Program-made: the position numbers and the translations under genes | DNA from: Lama guanicoe | Lineage: Eukaryota | DNA: 64,000 nt | NCBI GenBank assembly: GCA_013239625.1 | Contig: MU054323.1 | Span: forward strand, 19,424,819 to 19,488,818 | Direction of reading: 5' to 3' | In this document: one piece after another, positions 13,443-26,889 of the stretch | How the letters are laid out: each line of letters begins with the position of its first letter | How positions within the stretch are numbered: position 1 is the stretch's first letter | The notes under the pieces: generated by a model | Databases searched by the model: none | Told to the model about the DNA's origin: nothing | What the model saw: the letters and a program-made list of their open reading frames with translations, nothing else

Positions 13443-13904
13443 TGTAACCAAGCAGGACCCTGTGGAGCCTTCCTGGAACAGACGCCCCACTCCATACCCT
13501 CTGCTGCAGCTCCTCTCTGACGCACTCAGATAATAGTATCTCATGTATATTTTCTGAGTTTTTCAGATGCTGAAAACCACCACCAAAGGGAAGAAATTAA
13601 CTACTTTGATGATCATGAGCACGTGGCCCCCTGACCTTCTGGCGCCTAGGGAGTCAGTAGCTACCTCAACATCAACCAATCAGAGGACTGTGCACAGCCT
13701 ATCAGGTACCCTGCGACCCCCTGCCTTCCCTGGCCTTTAAATATGCTTTGCTGAAACCCTTGGGAGAGTTCAGGGTTTTCTTGGAGCATGAGCCACCCTG
13801 TCCTTGCTTGGCCCTGAAATAAACCTTTCTCTGCTCCAGACTACAACATTTCAGTTTGTTTGGCCTCACGGTGTGTCGAGCACACAAACTTGCCTTCGGT
13901 AACA
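13443..13904 (+). mobile_element. Complete ERV1-type solo LTR (resembles cetartiodactyl ALTR2-like LTRs)
   Basis: TGTAAC...GGTAACA termini; perfect 4-bp TSD GTTC (13439-13442/13905-13908); CCAAT 13676-13680; TATA-like TTTAAATA ~13736; AATAAA 13818-13823. Confidence 0.92.
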
Positions 13905-14844
13905 GTTCTAAATTTATGCTAATTGAAACATACCTCAAAGGCTATCAATGAGGGCTAATAAAAAGGGAAGTTAATTGGAAAGTCTGAAGCTGTGATTGAT
14001 CCCCTAGAGCGTAAATTGGTTTTTCTTCCCAGAGGTTTTGTGAGTGGGGTTTGTCCTAATTAAGGGAACTAAGCATCTCACGAGCTACGCCATGGCCCCT
14101 CCATGTGGCATGGCTGAGACCAGCATGGTTTTAGCCTTGGTCCCCTAAACAATTTTTTTTCCCTTCAGAGTCCCAGAATGTTTCCACAGCCTTAAGAGTG
14201 GTTCCTCTTAGAAGAGACATAGTGAGAAAGATGGATAATATGCCTTCAAGAAAAATCTCTTTTTCTGGAGGGTAAATGCCGATATTCAGTCTTCTTGAGA
14301 ATTTTCACATTCTCTTTTCTAAGAATAAAGAACCCCTCACATAATATTCTAAATCATGATCCTTGTCTGTTCTCACTCAAATCCTTGTGAATTAGTAAAG
14401 AAAATCGTCCTATCACACTAGGGAAAACTTCAGTGAGATGCTTCTTCCTGTGAATACACAGAGCTAGTTTATTTTTCTTGGACTGAAGGACCAGAGTCAT
14501 CCTTCATCTCAAGTGGGTGCATTTGTCCGCTGCTTCTCCCAATGACGCAGAGCCTCATTTCAAGTTTTCTGGAAGTATATACAATTTATTTACAAGAGCC
14601 TCCAGACAAATTGTATCCACATGAGAGGATGGTATAATAATGATGATCATTTATGGCAAGAGGTTCTTTTACAAATTGCGAAACGTTAATGCTTTGTTTT
14701 AATTTGCTTCTTTCTCTTGTAATCTAGATAGTGACTGAAATTCATAAGCTGTTCTATCCTCTAGGCAAGCTTCCTGCTGATTTATAAGATGGGGGACTTT
14801 TAGTCAGTTCTGCCCTTTAGTCTGTGATTAATCAAGACCTAGAA

Positions 14845-15020
14845 GGAGACGGCTTAGACTAAGGCCGGGACTGCCGGACTCCAGCTGTACCTGTGCTGCT
14901 ATCTGGGTTATTAGCCCTGGATGAGTTTACACTTCTGGGCCTCAGTTTTTTCTACTGCAAAATAAAAAATGAACAGATGATTTTCAATGGGCCATTTCCA
15001 ATTCTAAAATTCTATGGTCT
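14845..15020 (+). mobile_element. MIR (MIR3/MIRc-like)
   Basis: 'cttctgggcctcagttttttctactgcaaaat...gatgattttc...ttccaattctaaaattctatg'. Confidence 0.7.
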
Positions 15021-15379
15021 TTAAGAGAGATTTAGTTTTATGTATTTTAGTTCATAAAATTAGGAAATTGGAAAGCCATCTTGACTCATCAAAGGCATGT
15101 AAACATAACATTTTAACTGTTCAGAACACAATAGTCACACTTTATCAGTAATGATTATTTGTTTTTTATGCATATTTCCCTGAGCAGATTGCCTAGAAAA
15201 TATTGATTACATGATTGCCTTAGGGAAGTATGTTTTCAGATGGAAACACATCAAAAATTTTATTTATGGTGCATAACTTGTAAAAACACAAAACAAAACA
15301 AAAACAATACGTCTTAGCCTCTGCTTTCACCAATCTTTCATTTTTAATTAATCAGGTAGTTCTTCATTCAGTAAACATT

Positions 15380-15580
15380 CGATAAGCATTTCTAGAGATT
15401 CATGTGTCATGTGATATAGCAGACATTTTTCTAATTAATTATCCATTTAACACCCCCAGAAATTCTGAGAGGCAGAAAACTGAGTATCAGAGAAGCTAAA
15501 TCTGGTTCAAAGATGAATAGTTGGTAACTGTGGGCCCAGAATTTGAACCCAAACTCGTTGGACCTATGTCAAATATTTGT
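15380..15580 (-). mobile_element. MIR SINE
   Basis: 'gaaaactgagtatcagagaagct...ggcccagaatttgaacccaaac'. Confidence 0.65.
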
Positions 15581-15719
15581 TTGCCCTTTAGACCCGTTCT
15601 CCTTTCTTTTCCACCCAGCCCACATCTAGCCTGTATGATTACATCAATGTGCCAACAGGGAAGCCCAGAAACACACACTAGGGAAAGGCGGGAGTGAGGA
15701 GAGTTGAGGTCCTTACGTC

Positions 15720-16009
15720 TTTCCCTCCTTCCCTTCAGGTTCATGTAGGGCCAGCTGTGTCCCTTCACCAGAGCTCAGCGCTCCACCCCAGTGGGCCTTC
15801 CCCACACAATTCTTCCTTCCAGGCTAGGATCATACACGTTACTCTCGTGGGTCTAGTCGTGGTAACAGGCCTAAGGTACGACACCTGACTTACGATTTCC
15901 TACATTCTGCCCTTGCCTTGGGAAATAGTCCCTTTTTAAGCCCTTCTAAGATTACCCTCATTTGGATATGCTCTCTTTTTTTTTGTTAGCTGGAATCGTG
16001 ATTAATACA
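15720..16009 (+). mobile_element. ERVL LTR fragment, LTR33-like
   Basis: 3' end 'aatagtccctttttaagcccttc...attaccctcatttggatatgc...gtgattaataca' resembles the LTR33 terminus. Confidence 0.55.
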
Positions 16010-16507
16010 GTCACCAAACCTCATTTTACCATGCCATGCCATTTCACAAGTTTGGACATACCACCGGCATGATTTAATCCAGCGTGTGAGACCTGATATC
16101 CTCCAAGAGTGGCAACAAAAGCTAGTCTTTGGAAGACACTCCTGTTGCTCTGTTCCTGTATTTCTCTTATCAATTAAAACTTAAAATGAAATCAGCAAAA
16201 ATATAGGACACAAAGATCAAAGTTGTTTTGTCTCAATACATTTTGCATCAGAACAATTCAAACAAACGATAGGGCTGACTGAGGGACCCACTATCAGCTT
16301 CGGCCGTTAGAGGAAAATAAGCTTGACACTCTATCCCTTCAACTGCCCACCCTTCAAGGCAGGGTCTAGGATTAAGCTTGAAAAAGAGTTACAATATAGG
16401 ATGGATTGTGTGACATCACAAAAGCAGCACACTAACTCTTAACTTATGCTGCCTGGATGTTGACATTAACTCTATACATTTTTTTGTCTCAGAATCTCCT
16501 CAATCTG

Positions 16508-16525
16508 AAAAAAAAAAAAAAAAAA
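16508..16525. repeat. Poly(A)18 tract inside a degraded MIR-like fragment
   Basis: Seen directly; preceded by 'gtctcagaatctcctcaatctg' (MIR core-like). Confidence 0.8.
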
Positions 16526-17919
16526 GGTAATGGGAGGAATTTCTGCTGATTCTACCAAACAGGCAGAATTCAAGGACTATCTGTGTTCTTACTTCCTAGC
16601 TGAGGAAGACAAACCTACCCACCAAACTCCTTGTTTGAGTCAATTAGGTAATGAACCACAAGATACTTGTGAATTCCTGACCTGAAGCAAACAAGGGCTG
16701 ATTAATCTAAGTGTTGGTGCAGGAATGGAAAAGACATGCTTAAGCCTTGGAAAAGAAGTCCCTAGACTGTGCATCGCTCCCTTGTGATCTTTCGATCTGG
16801 GATGTTAAGTCTTGGTTTCTGAGACTTTCTGGAACCACTGAAATGTTTGAAAAAGCTTTGGACTAGAGAGAGACTCTGTGGTGTTACACAGAGCTGCAGA
16901 GAGGCCTAAGAACCAAAGACAACAGGGGAAAATGGGCCAAATGTCTGCTTCGTTGGCTACATCAAGGAATATAGGTTAGTAGACAGGATTACTTAGATAT
17001 TATTCTGATTCCATATAGTCATCACACAACCTTCTAATGTTAGCTTTAATGTCCCACATAGAGGTTTAGAAAGATACAATTTTAACATCAACTATTGCTT
17101 TAGCTAAAACTCGGTTTCATGGATCTGAAATAGATTATTTCTGTCTTTTTTCTCAAGGCTTGAGTTTCCCTGAATAAGTTATTGATTAAATTTCCAGACC
17201 TATTGGACTGGAGGGCTGGACCTAGGAACAACAAGAATGAAATGAATCTCTGACATCTTTGAGATCTTTTCTGATTGCCACCATAACTCCACAACCACAT
17301 GCCTTCTCACTGCCATAGGTTTAACCTGAAGTTTTAATATGCCAATAGTGAATATCCAAAAAGTTCACATATTCTGGTACTTTTTTCCTTATATTTTCAT
17401 CACTGTTTTCTTACCACGGAACCAGCAATGAGCAATTTAGTAACTATAAAATGAGCTTTTGTTCATTTGAAGTATAGGAGTCCTGAGGATAGACTACAGA
17501 ATAACGTTTGTTCAGAGGGAACAAGCTAATAATCGCTCCTTTTTAACCAGGTCGGTGGACTTTATTTTTTGTGCTATGTGGTAGGATGTAATGATGTATT
17601 TGGTCAACTCTGTCCCCAAGGAGTTATTGATGTGATTTTTAAGAAGCTATGTTTTTCTGTTATTATGTTCATGTAAAAGAATTCTCCATTCAAAGGAAAT
17701 ATTCTAGAAAGAAACCCATTCTGATGCTATGATGAATGTCTGTCACCAAACGCAGGTTGGAGGTGTTACGGCTGTAACTCTAATTCTCTTATTCATGCTG
17801 GAACAGATTTTGTTTCTCTAGTTGCTATCACAAGATGCTCAGGAAAGCTGCCTTTTAGTGCCATTATACCCCAGAGGGGCACTCCTGCTATGGTTCCCTC
17901 TATAGGCCCCAAGTTTCTT

Positions 17920-18445
17920 TCAAACTCTCTCAAAGTCATCACCCGTGCCTTCCAAGGTACTGGTCACTTACTGATCTTTATCATCCTTGAGCTGTTTCCA
18001 CCACTTACCACTATTCACTTCCTTCTCCAGACACTCCATCTGCTCGGCCACTGGTTAACTGCTGAGATCCTCCTCTCCTCATACCTCTCTGCTCATCCTC
18101 TCTCATCTCCATTACTGCCTACTCGGTGCCTCAGCCCTCCTCTGAAATGTTGTGTTCTCCAAGGTTGCACCCCAGATAATGTTCTCACTGAGAAATCTCA
18201 TCCACCACTATTATGTGGCAACACCCAGATCAGTATCTTCACGTCAAGACCCTCAGCTGAATATCTTGATCCACTGCATCTAGACACCACCCAGTCATTC
18301 CTCTACAATCACTTCAGACTCACCTGCCCAAGATGGAGTCCACCATCCTCCTCACCTTCCCACTAGCCAAACTCCTTCCTTCTCCTGTAATCCTTCTGTA
18401 GTGTAATAGTGTCACCATCCACACAGGCATCCAAGTTAGAGGTGA
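17920..18445 (+). mobile_element. L2 LINE ORF2 (reverse transcriptase region) fossil
   Basis: C/T-rich L2 sense sequence; the overlapping ORF shows decayed RT motifs (LKVI..IILELFPPLTTIH ~ LKVT..ILLDLSAAFDTVDH; VLQG ~ VPQG; LCGNTQISI ~ YADDTQIYI). Confidence 0.8.
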
Positions 18446-18669
18446 CTAACTCTCTGAGACCTTTACACAAGTAGTAATATTTGAGCTTCACCCATGAACT
18501 AATAGAGATGTACTGGTTTGAAAAGAATACGAGAGAGCATTCCAAAAATGAAACAAGATTTTCAAAAAGTCACTGAGTTGGGCATTTCTCTTGATGTGTT
18601 CTTTAAGTTTATTTTTTGAAAAAATGAAGAACAAAGATGGGGAGAAGGTTATTGAGCCATGAAACAGCA

Positions 18670-18830
18670 GCACGTGTTTAGAGACTGATAAGAAACTGTA
18701 TTGGGCTGGATTATACTGAGTACAGTAGAAGTCGGCAGGAGATGAAATAGAAGTAAATTGGGGTCAGGTTGTAAAGGATCTTGTGTATCACGCTAAGGCT
18801 CTGCACTTTATTCTATAAGCAACAGGAGGT
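18670..18830 (-). mobile_element. L2 fragment
   Basis: 'ggggtcaggttgtaaaggatcttgtgtatcacgctaaggctctgcactttattctataagcaacaggag' is antisense L2. Confidence 0.7.
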
Positions 18831-19044
18831 CTCCTCTGATCCGCAGAGAACTGTCTTTTTTAGCAACACCTTGTAGCTTTCACGTTGCCTCTAGTGGCTT
18901 CCAAATTCTCATCAGATCTGTCCAGAGCCATTCTTGGGAAACTTACAACTCTCAGAGTCATTCAGTATTTGTTGCTCAAGGTTTATGGGAGCTACAATAA
19001 CATACTACTACCCTCATAATCTTCTTAATAAGAACATTGTTCTG

Positions 19045-19450
19045 AACGTTTGTTGTGTTAGATAACCATCATCTAGTTCCCCATCTTTTGGAAACAGAAA
19101 CTTGATTTTCCTTTGAGGATCCCTCTCTTACACTGAAGTCTGTGTGCTTCAAGTAGAGATGACTCTTCGTCCAGCTCCTGTACCCTTTCACCCACCAACA
19201 GGGCCATTTCATCACTCTGGCCACAGTAACTCTTCAAGGGTACAGAGGACTCAGTGAAGGCAAAGGATAGGTACTGGTATTTTGTTTGACTGTTTAGGGA
19301 GATGCTATCCCTTCTATTGAACTTGAACTTGGGAAGATGCTAAGAGCAGAACAACGGGAGACCAGCTTATCCCCACTGAAGGATGAAGTCAACATGGAAT
19401 AAAACAAAAGCAAGAGATTTCCAGAGCCGCCTGTTGAGTGCTGTGCGAGA
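19045..19450 (+). mobile_element. MaLR LTR, MLT1K-like
   Basis: 'ttttggaaacagaaacttgattttcctttgagg', 'ctctggccacagtaactcttcaagg', 'gaaggatgaagtcaacatggaataaaacaaaagc' resemble MLT1K. Confidence 0.65.
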
Positions 19451-20729
19451 TACAGTGTGATAAATGCATGGACCCTCCCTTCTATAAGCTTAAAATATAT
19501 CTGAGAAAATAAGAATAAGCATAAGACTAACACTCAAGGGAAAGAAGGAAACTAGGAAACTACTCTCCCCTATTTACCCTAAAAGGAATCAAGAGAGCAA
19601 GACCAGAGTGTTTGCTTCTTTTCTACTGAGACAAGCAGGAGAGACTGCCACACTGCCCAAATTTGTAAAAGGGGGGCTTGAAGGAGCATAAATTAGGCAA
19701 TTAGGCTTTCATTTATCTCTCAATTTTTTTTACTTATTTTTCCCCATCAACTCACATTCTTAAATATGAATGAGTAAAAACATTCTTACCCCTCATCCTG
19801 CCCTAGCTTTCTTATGAATTGTCTTATAACTATATTATATATAAAAGGAGAAGTGTTGGCATACTAATTTTAAAACAGATTGACAGGCAACAGAAAGTCA
19901 GACTGAGAAATGCTCACGTGTTCAGGGTGCAATCCAGGGATGTTGATGGAAGAAAGACACTTAAGAAAAACTGAAACTCAGGAGACAGGCTGGCTGGGTG
20001 AGACTGAAAAATTGGAGAAAGAACTTAAGGGAATTTGAGCAGACCAGAGTGAAAAACACCAGTAAGTACAAGTATCGAGGCATACAGAAAGCATCTAGAG
20101 GAGAGCTATTATTTATACTTTTATACTTTTATAATGCTGAGTGGAATCTAAACAAAGGGGGAAAATGTAAAATGGAAGTTCTGAAGGGAGTTGTATTAAA
20201 CTGAACCTAAGGAGTAGACCTGAGACCAAGGTACAGAGCTGAAGATCAGAGGACTGTAACTGCCTCATCCTGTAAAAGCCCCAGCACTGCTTCTGTCTGG
20301 CTCGGGCTGGAGCTAGTAATGAGGCCATCTGCCTGTCATGCTTGCTCTGTGTGTGGTTTATGCCCAGAAATCTACACGCCTTCCAGCAAAGTCATTTTTA
20401 CACAGTACTTGACAGACAGAGCATGTGTTTGTGTTAAAAACACTGCAGGAAAAGGGTAATGGAGGATTTGAAAAAGGCTTGACCTTGGAAGAAGACAGCC
20501 ATGAACTCCAATGAGAGAATATTAAAAAGCTAGGGGCAGTGGAATGCAGAAGAACCTACTAGAAGCAATTCCTCAGACCCAGAACACGCCATGGTGATCT
20601 GTTTGAACAGAAGGACATTTGTTTGAAGTTGCTTTAGGGAAAGACAAAGCGTGATGGCCTCTTTCTTTGTTTTTTAAATAACTTTATGTTCTTCAGTATT
20701 TGGCTAAAAGAAGTATAGTCAAAAATGAC

Positions 20730-20985
20730 TTTGAAAATCTTAGTGGGGACCCCATCACCACCTGGATGAAGCCCAAATGACTTATCATGATTCTTTACAA
20801 CTTGACCTCAACTTACTTTGCCACCAACCTTCTCTCAAGCCATTTACTACCATACATACTGAAACTTTTAACAATCCACACATGTACTGAAATTTTTAAC
20901 AATCCACCAATATGGCATAGCCTTTAATACTTCTACACCATTGGAAGTGTAGTGTGCTGCATGAATATAATTTTCACTCTTTTCA
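20730..20985 (+). mobile_element. L2 fragment containing a 28-bp tandem duplication (20853-20908)
   Basis: 'cttagtggggaccccatcaccacctggatgaagcccaaa' is L2-like; TACTGAAA(C/T)TTTTAACAATCCAC occurs twice at period 28. Confidence 0.6.
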
Positions 20986-21501
20986 ATAATGGATCAAGAA
21001 AAAGTGAATTTGCCTAAGATCCAGATGAATGTTGAGTGTATGATATGATAAGATGACACTAGCGATGAAAAAAAAAATCATTGGAAGGAATGGTCATAAA
21101 GTTTGAATGGAGATGCTTAGGCAAGAGGTTACGTGCCATGGTTTCCCACAGTGTTTCCTACATAGAGAGAACTGAACTCTGGCATGATGATATCAGTCTA
21201 TATGAAGGGATATTTTAAGAAATACCCCAACAGAATTTGTTCTTCATCATGTTTAGTCTGAGGAACTTACAAAAGACACTGTCACATTATTCAAGGTTCT
21301 ACTGATACGGATCCTTAGCCGAAAGTTCTTTCTGGTCTTCAGCATCAGAAATCATTGCTCTTCATCTGAAAAGCTGAATTTATTTTGCTCTACAGAAACT
21401 GAGGCCCTCGTGAGTGGCAAAAGTTACATCTCTGCATTAGCAAATAGAAGGTTAGAAGCAAATCTGGAGCCAGTCCTTTGTAAGTGTATAGGACTCTGTG
21501 G

Positions 21502-21705
21502 CAGGAATTGGCAAACTTTTTATAAAGAGGCAGATAGTAAGTATTTGCATCTCTGTGGGCCACACTGACTCTATCACAGTCAACTCTGCCCCATTGTGGT
21601 GTGAAATCAGCCATAGACAATGCACAAACAAATGCGTGGCTGTGTTCCAATAAAACTTTATTTACAAGCATGGGCTGGGTTTAGCTGCTGTAGTTTGCTG
21701 ACTCA
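21502..21705 (+). mobile_element. hAT-Charlie MITE, MER58A-like
   Basis: 'ggcaaacttttt...cagccatagacaat...gtggctgtgttccaataaaactttatttacaa...tagtttgctgac'; 8-bp TSD CTCTGTGG (21494-21501)/CTCTATGG (21706-21713). Confidence 0.9.
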
Positions 21706-22319
21706 CTCTATGGCATGCTTTTATAACAAAGTCTTAATCACGACTGTGTTTAATTCATTTAAATTCCTTTTCTCCTTATTCTTAGTCTCCTATATTCACG
21801 TTATATGGCTGTGGCTTATGTAATGGCACTGCCTTTCTGGTATTCTTTGAAACCAAGTTAAGTATTAAATACTTAAATAAAAATTTAAAAATTAGCTAGT
21901 TATAGGCTTACGTTGGGGTTATATTCCAGTAAGACAGGACATTTGCCAAAGTTAATAGGGCAATGAAACATGTCAGATGGAATTGATTATATTAAAAAAT
22001 CAAAAAATATAAAGTACGATGTTATTTTTAATTTTTTCTTCTGGGTATACCTCTAAGGAAAAAGGCAGAGGAAGCCTGAGTGGGGAATGAGGTCAAAAGA
22101 GAGCTCGTGACTAGGTAAGAAAGTAGGGAGGTACTGGAGGTTGACAGTAGACTATTTTTCTTCTGAGTCCTTATTTCTAAGGTAGTGATATTTATAGCTT
22201 CCTGGCTTTTACCAGTATACTTTTTATATTTCATGAAATCCACTTATAATAGTGCCGTGCTCCACATGTGTACTCCCACTGGGTTATTGTTCACTCATCC
22301 CTGTCCTAAATGCCTAAAA

Positions 22320-23915
22320 ATTCATTCACTTACTATATATTAAATATTTATAAATAATAATATCATTATATACCTGGAGCTATTCCAGAACCACGTACAT
22401 AACTGTGAAGAAAAGAGACAATGTTCCTACCCCTATGGCATTTGTTTCCCAATAGAGAGAAAAAAATGAAGAAATAAGCAAATAAATAAGTCTGCTAGGA
22501 AAAGGGGGTTATTGAGTGATAAAAGCAGAGCAAGAGTATTGATAGAGAGTGATGGGACTATTTTATACTGGGGTAGACACCTGAATGAAGCATTGGAGCA
22601 AGCCATGCAGGTACCTGAGGGAAGGGAATCCTAAGGGAGGGAACAGAAAATGCAAAGTGTAAAGGTTCTGAGGTAGAAACATGCCTGGCATTTTAAAAAA
22701 TAACAAGAGAACCAGAGTAGCGGGCAGAGCAGTAAGCAAGAAAGTCAGAGAGGAAATACAGGATTAGATCTCACAGGGGCTTAAAAGCCCCTGTTAGAAC
22801 TTTGGGTTTTATTCTGTGGGATATGGAAAACCCATATGTAAGTTTTTGGTCAGAGGAATAACAAGATCTGCTTTATATTTCAGAAACAGTACCATGACCA
22901 CCGCGAAGAGAATACATACTAGGGCCAAAGGTGAAAATAGAAAGACCAGTTAAGAGACTTGAAATTATCCAGACAAAATAGGATGGTGCCTGAACCAGAG
23001 TGATCATTGGTACTTATCTGAAAGAAGTGTCCTGACAGAGTTTGCTGATTCATTGGATGTTGGGGTTTGAGAAGAAGAAAGGAGTGAAAAATGACTCCAA
23101 GGTTTTTGATCAGGGAAAATGAGAGAATGAATATTCCACTCATCAAAATGCAGAATGCTAGAAAGTAACATGGCCAAGAAGAAGAATCAGGTATTTACTT
23201 CAAACTATTAAGTCTGAAGTGGCTAATCAGACATCCAAGTAGTGATGTCAACTACATAGCTGGTTATCTAAGTTCAGAGTTCAGAGGAGAGGTATACACT
23301 GGAAATATAAATTTGGATGTGATCAACACATAGATGATATTTAAAGACATAGACTGGAGGAGATCATCGGAGCGAGTGCAGTTAGAGAAGTGCATCATGG
23401 GAGTGAGTGCAGTTAGAGTTTAGTCTAAAAACTAAACTCTAGGGTCCTCCAACTTTAAGAGGTTTGCAATGAATATGAGGGATTTAATAAAGGAGAATAA
23501 AAGACAGGAGCCAGTAAGATAGAAGAAAAATGGGAAAAGAGTAGACTCCTGGAAATCAAATATAGAAAGTGTTCCAAAAATGAAGGCACAATCACCTGTG
23601 TCAAGTGAAGCTGGTAAGTCAAGGAAAATAAGAACTGAGAGATGAACTTTGATTTTGGCAACGTAAAAGCCACTGATCTATTTTATTACAGTGATGAGGG
23701 ATAAAAGCCTGTTTGGAGTTGATTCAAGAATATATATATATGTATAACTGAATCACTATGTTGTACACTAGAAATTAACACATTTAAACCAACTAAACTT
23801 CAATTAAAAAAATGAGAAAAGATAAATTGGAGATAATGGGCATGGAAATTTTTTTTAGGAAGTTCTGCTTCTCAAAAGGGAAGCAGAGAAATGGACAGTA
23901 GCTAGAAGGTAGCAA
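22320..23915 (-). mobile_element. Long L2 (L2a-like) fragment interrupted by a young L1 tail
   Basis: Starts with an antisense L2 terminus 'ttcattcact'; purine-rich body with 'aaaatgactccaaggtttttg', 'agacatccaagtagtgatgtc'. Contains a 31-bp-period duplication at 23363-23418. Confidence 0.85.
23729..23812 (+). mobile_element. Cetartiodactyl/camelid-type L1 extreme 3' end
   Basis: 'tatatatgtataactgaatcactatgttgtacactagaaattaacac...cttcaattaaaaaaa'. Confidence 0.8.
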
Positions 23916-24447
23916 AAACCATGGAATTCAATATAAAGATAGGTTACATAGGGTGAATATGAAGGTACGTCATGTGGGGAAAATTGTTTGCCATCCTATG
24001 TGCTCAATCTCTTCCTGTTTCATTCTTTTTTCTCTCTCTTTCTCTCCATGATGTGAATCCTACCCTCCACCAAACCTGCCTGGACATCCAGGGTCCTGAA
24101 TGGCCCCCCGATGCTCCTCTATACCAAAGCTCACAGGAATAGAAAGATGAATCCATTCCACCCAGTGGCTGATTGGACTACACAGGCGTGCACTGGCAGA
24201 TGCTTTGTATTTTTGACACTAATCAGTAATCCTCAACTAAAATGATGGCTTTGAAAGACCTAAACTCTACCCCAGCTCTACCAGCCCTTCTCTCTCCCCT
24301 CTCAGCTCCACTGTAGAATGCTATGATGCGTGAACAAAATCACTCATTTGGAAACCAGACAAAAGTCAAGAAAGTATTTTGGATCCCAGATACTCTTCTC
24401 TTACACTATTGCAACATGTTGGGTTTTGTTCTGAAAAGTCCATCGAT

Positions 24448-25008
24448 ATTGGAAGCAAACAGGATGTCCTTCGGTGAATGGATGGATAAACAGTGGTGCC
24501 TCCAGACAGTGGAATATTATTCAGCACTCAAAAGAAAGGAGCCATTAAGCCATGAAAATCCATGGAGGAACCTTAAATGCATGTTATTAAGTGAAACCAG
24601 CCAATCGGAAAAGGCCATATACTGTGGGATTCCAACGATATGACATTCTGGAAAAGAAAAAGATCAGTAGTTTACAGAGGTAGGGTTGAGGGAGAGATTA
24701 ATAGACAGGGTACAGAAGATTTCGAGGGCAGTGAAAATACTCTGTATGACATTGCAATGTCATTATACATTTGTCCAAACCCATAGAATGTACAACATCA
24801 AAAGTGAACCCTAAGGTAAATATGGACTCTGGGTGAAAATGACATGTCACTATAGGTTTATCTTTGGTAGAAATGTACCATCCTGATGAGTGATATGGGT
24901 CATGGAGGAGGGCTATGCATGTGTGGGGACACAGGGAATATGAGAAATCTCTGTACCCACCTCTCAATTTTGTTGTAAACCTAAAACTGCTGTTAAAAAA
25001 AGAAGTCT
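24448..25008 (+). mobile_element. L1MC1-like 3' end
   Basis: 'catggaggaaccttaaatgcatgttattaagtgaaa...tgacattctggaaaag...aattttgttgtaaacctaaaactgct'. Confidence 0.85.
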
Positions 25009-25077
25009 GTCAAAAATACAAGGACATCAATAACGAGTGACACAAGAGAGCTGATTTTGACTTTGACTTTTTAACTT

Positions 25078-25170
25078 CATGTGTATTTATTTACTAAACA
25101 TTTCTGGCACCTTCTATACGTAGCCACTGTGCTAAGCACTGTGGGGAGAATAGAGGAGAAAACAAAGAAA
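25078..25170 (-). mobile_element. L2 3' end
   Basis: 'tttactaaacatttctggcaccttctatacgtagccactgtgctaagcactg'. Confidence 0.65.
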
Positions 25171-26147
25171 GGATATCTAAACTCAAAAGAGGTTATTTTA
25201 CTCTCCTTTATCTCTGATGGTAGTTAATTTCAGAACTTTAGATATTCCTAAATCATAATTGTTTGCATCAAATAAGTGTCTTTAACATAAGCCACTCTTC
25301 TAATCTGGATTTGGAAAAACAGATGGAAGTTCTCTACAGTTACTTTTGCAACATTGGTACAGTCATGACAACAAGGAAGAGGTGTTCAGAGGTAGAGTTT
25401 GAAATATTTTTTAACTACTGTTGTTCTACGTGATTTTGTGGTAATATTTGAATTTGTATAATGGTGTTTAAACATCAACTCTAATAAAAACTAATCATTG
25501 AGAGGGAAATGAAGTGGACGACACCTCTGGGATAGCTAGCATATGACAATAGGCAGGAATGAAGGTCAGATTAGCACCTAAAGATGAAGAGAAATGCTGA
25601 AATTACACTATACGATACTAAAATCAAAACATGCCACTCTTTATATTTTTAAGTGGCAAGCTTTCTAGAATACAAAAAAAAAAAATTCCCAACAGAGTCA
25701 TTTGCAAATTTTCATTACCTTCTGCCCTTGAATATGGCATTACCTCTATTGTATTTTCCTTTTCGAAAATTAAGACACTCTATATGCCTGATTTAAATTG
25801 GGTAAATGCCAGCTCATGCAAGGCCCTCTTCCCCAGTCAGAACGGGAGTGTTCCAATCTAGATTAAAACGTAAGGAAAGATGGAACGTGAAAAACTCTTG
25901 ATGAGTGAAGTAGAAATTAATCACAGTTATATAGAAGAGGATTACTTCAAATAGGAGTGTCTGTCTTATCAATTTTTAAAAATTAATAGGATATACAGAA
26001 AAAAAGCATTAAGTAAGCTCTGCTTAACTTTCTGTCTGAACATAGTCACCCTTTCAGAGAGAGACTGGAAATAAAAATGGGAGTGTTAATACAGAATTTT
26101 TCATAAGGGAAAAAATTATTCCAAAGTAGACAATTTAAGAACTACCT

Positions 26148-26258
26148 CACTCTCAATCAGCAAGTATTTGCTGATTGACTGGGGACTCAGGCCTTCTAGG
26201 AGACCCGAGATAATAAGGAAAAACCCTACCTTCAAGGCGCTTACATTCTGATCCAGGT
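26148..26258 (-). mobile_element. L2 3' end
   Basis: 'tcaatcagcaagtatttgctga...ccctaccttcaaggcgcttacattct'. Confidence 0.6.
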
Positions 26259-26889
26259 GGTAGAAATTTCCTATCCAGTGTGCTACTTTCCAGTAACAGA
26301 CATTGTGATGAAATGATGTCATGATACCACCACTCAGCATCTTTCAGCAACTACTCCCCGTCACGCCAAATACTGGTGTATTTTCTTGTCGGTCTAAGCT
26401 CTAGCTGTTCTCCCATGTTCACCTCGCAACCCTGATTGATTTTAGTGCTGCTCTCTTAATTAGCAAATATTTTTAGTTTTACACAGGCACAGGTGCACCC
26501 ACACCCACGATGCTTGTCCCCTGATGTCTTGGGTAGAGAACCCTGAGCAGTGGGGATGGGAGGGGACCTGTAGGTGTGAGTGAATGGGGTCTAAGAAACA
26601 ACCACCCCAAAGCAGCTGGCAGAGAACAAGAACCAGACCCCTAAGCAATGACCAGCAACAGAGAATGGGAAGACTGGAAGAGGTGGGCTCAGAAGGGATC
26701 AAGCCTGCAGGTGTCCACTACCAGCTCATGTTACGGAGGGAGCCATGAAGGTTACCCTGTTTTCAATAGGGCACACTGCCTCTCTCACTGCCATCTCTGA
26801 GGCTCATTTTTCCTGCAGCTGCATGTGATGCTCAGAATTTACCACCTGCAGGAAACTCCCCTTCTCCACCCTGGTATTTCACTCTGTCC

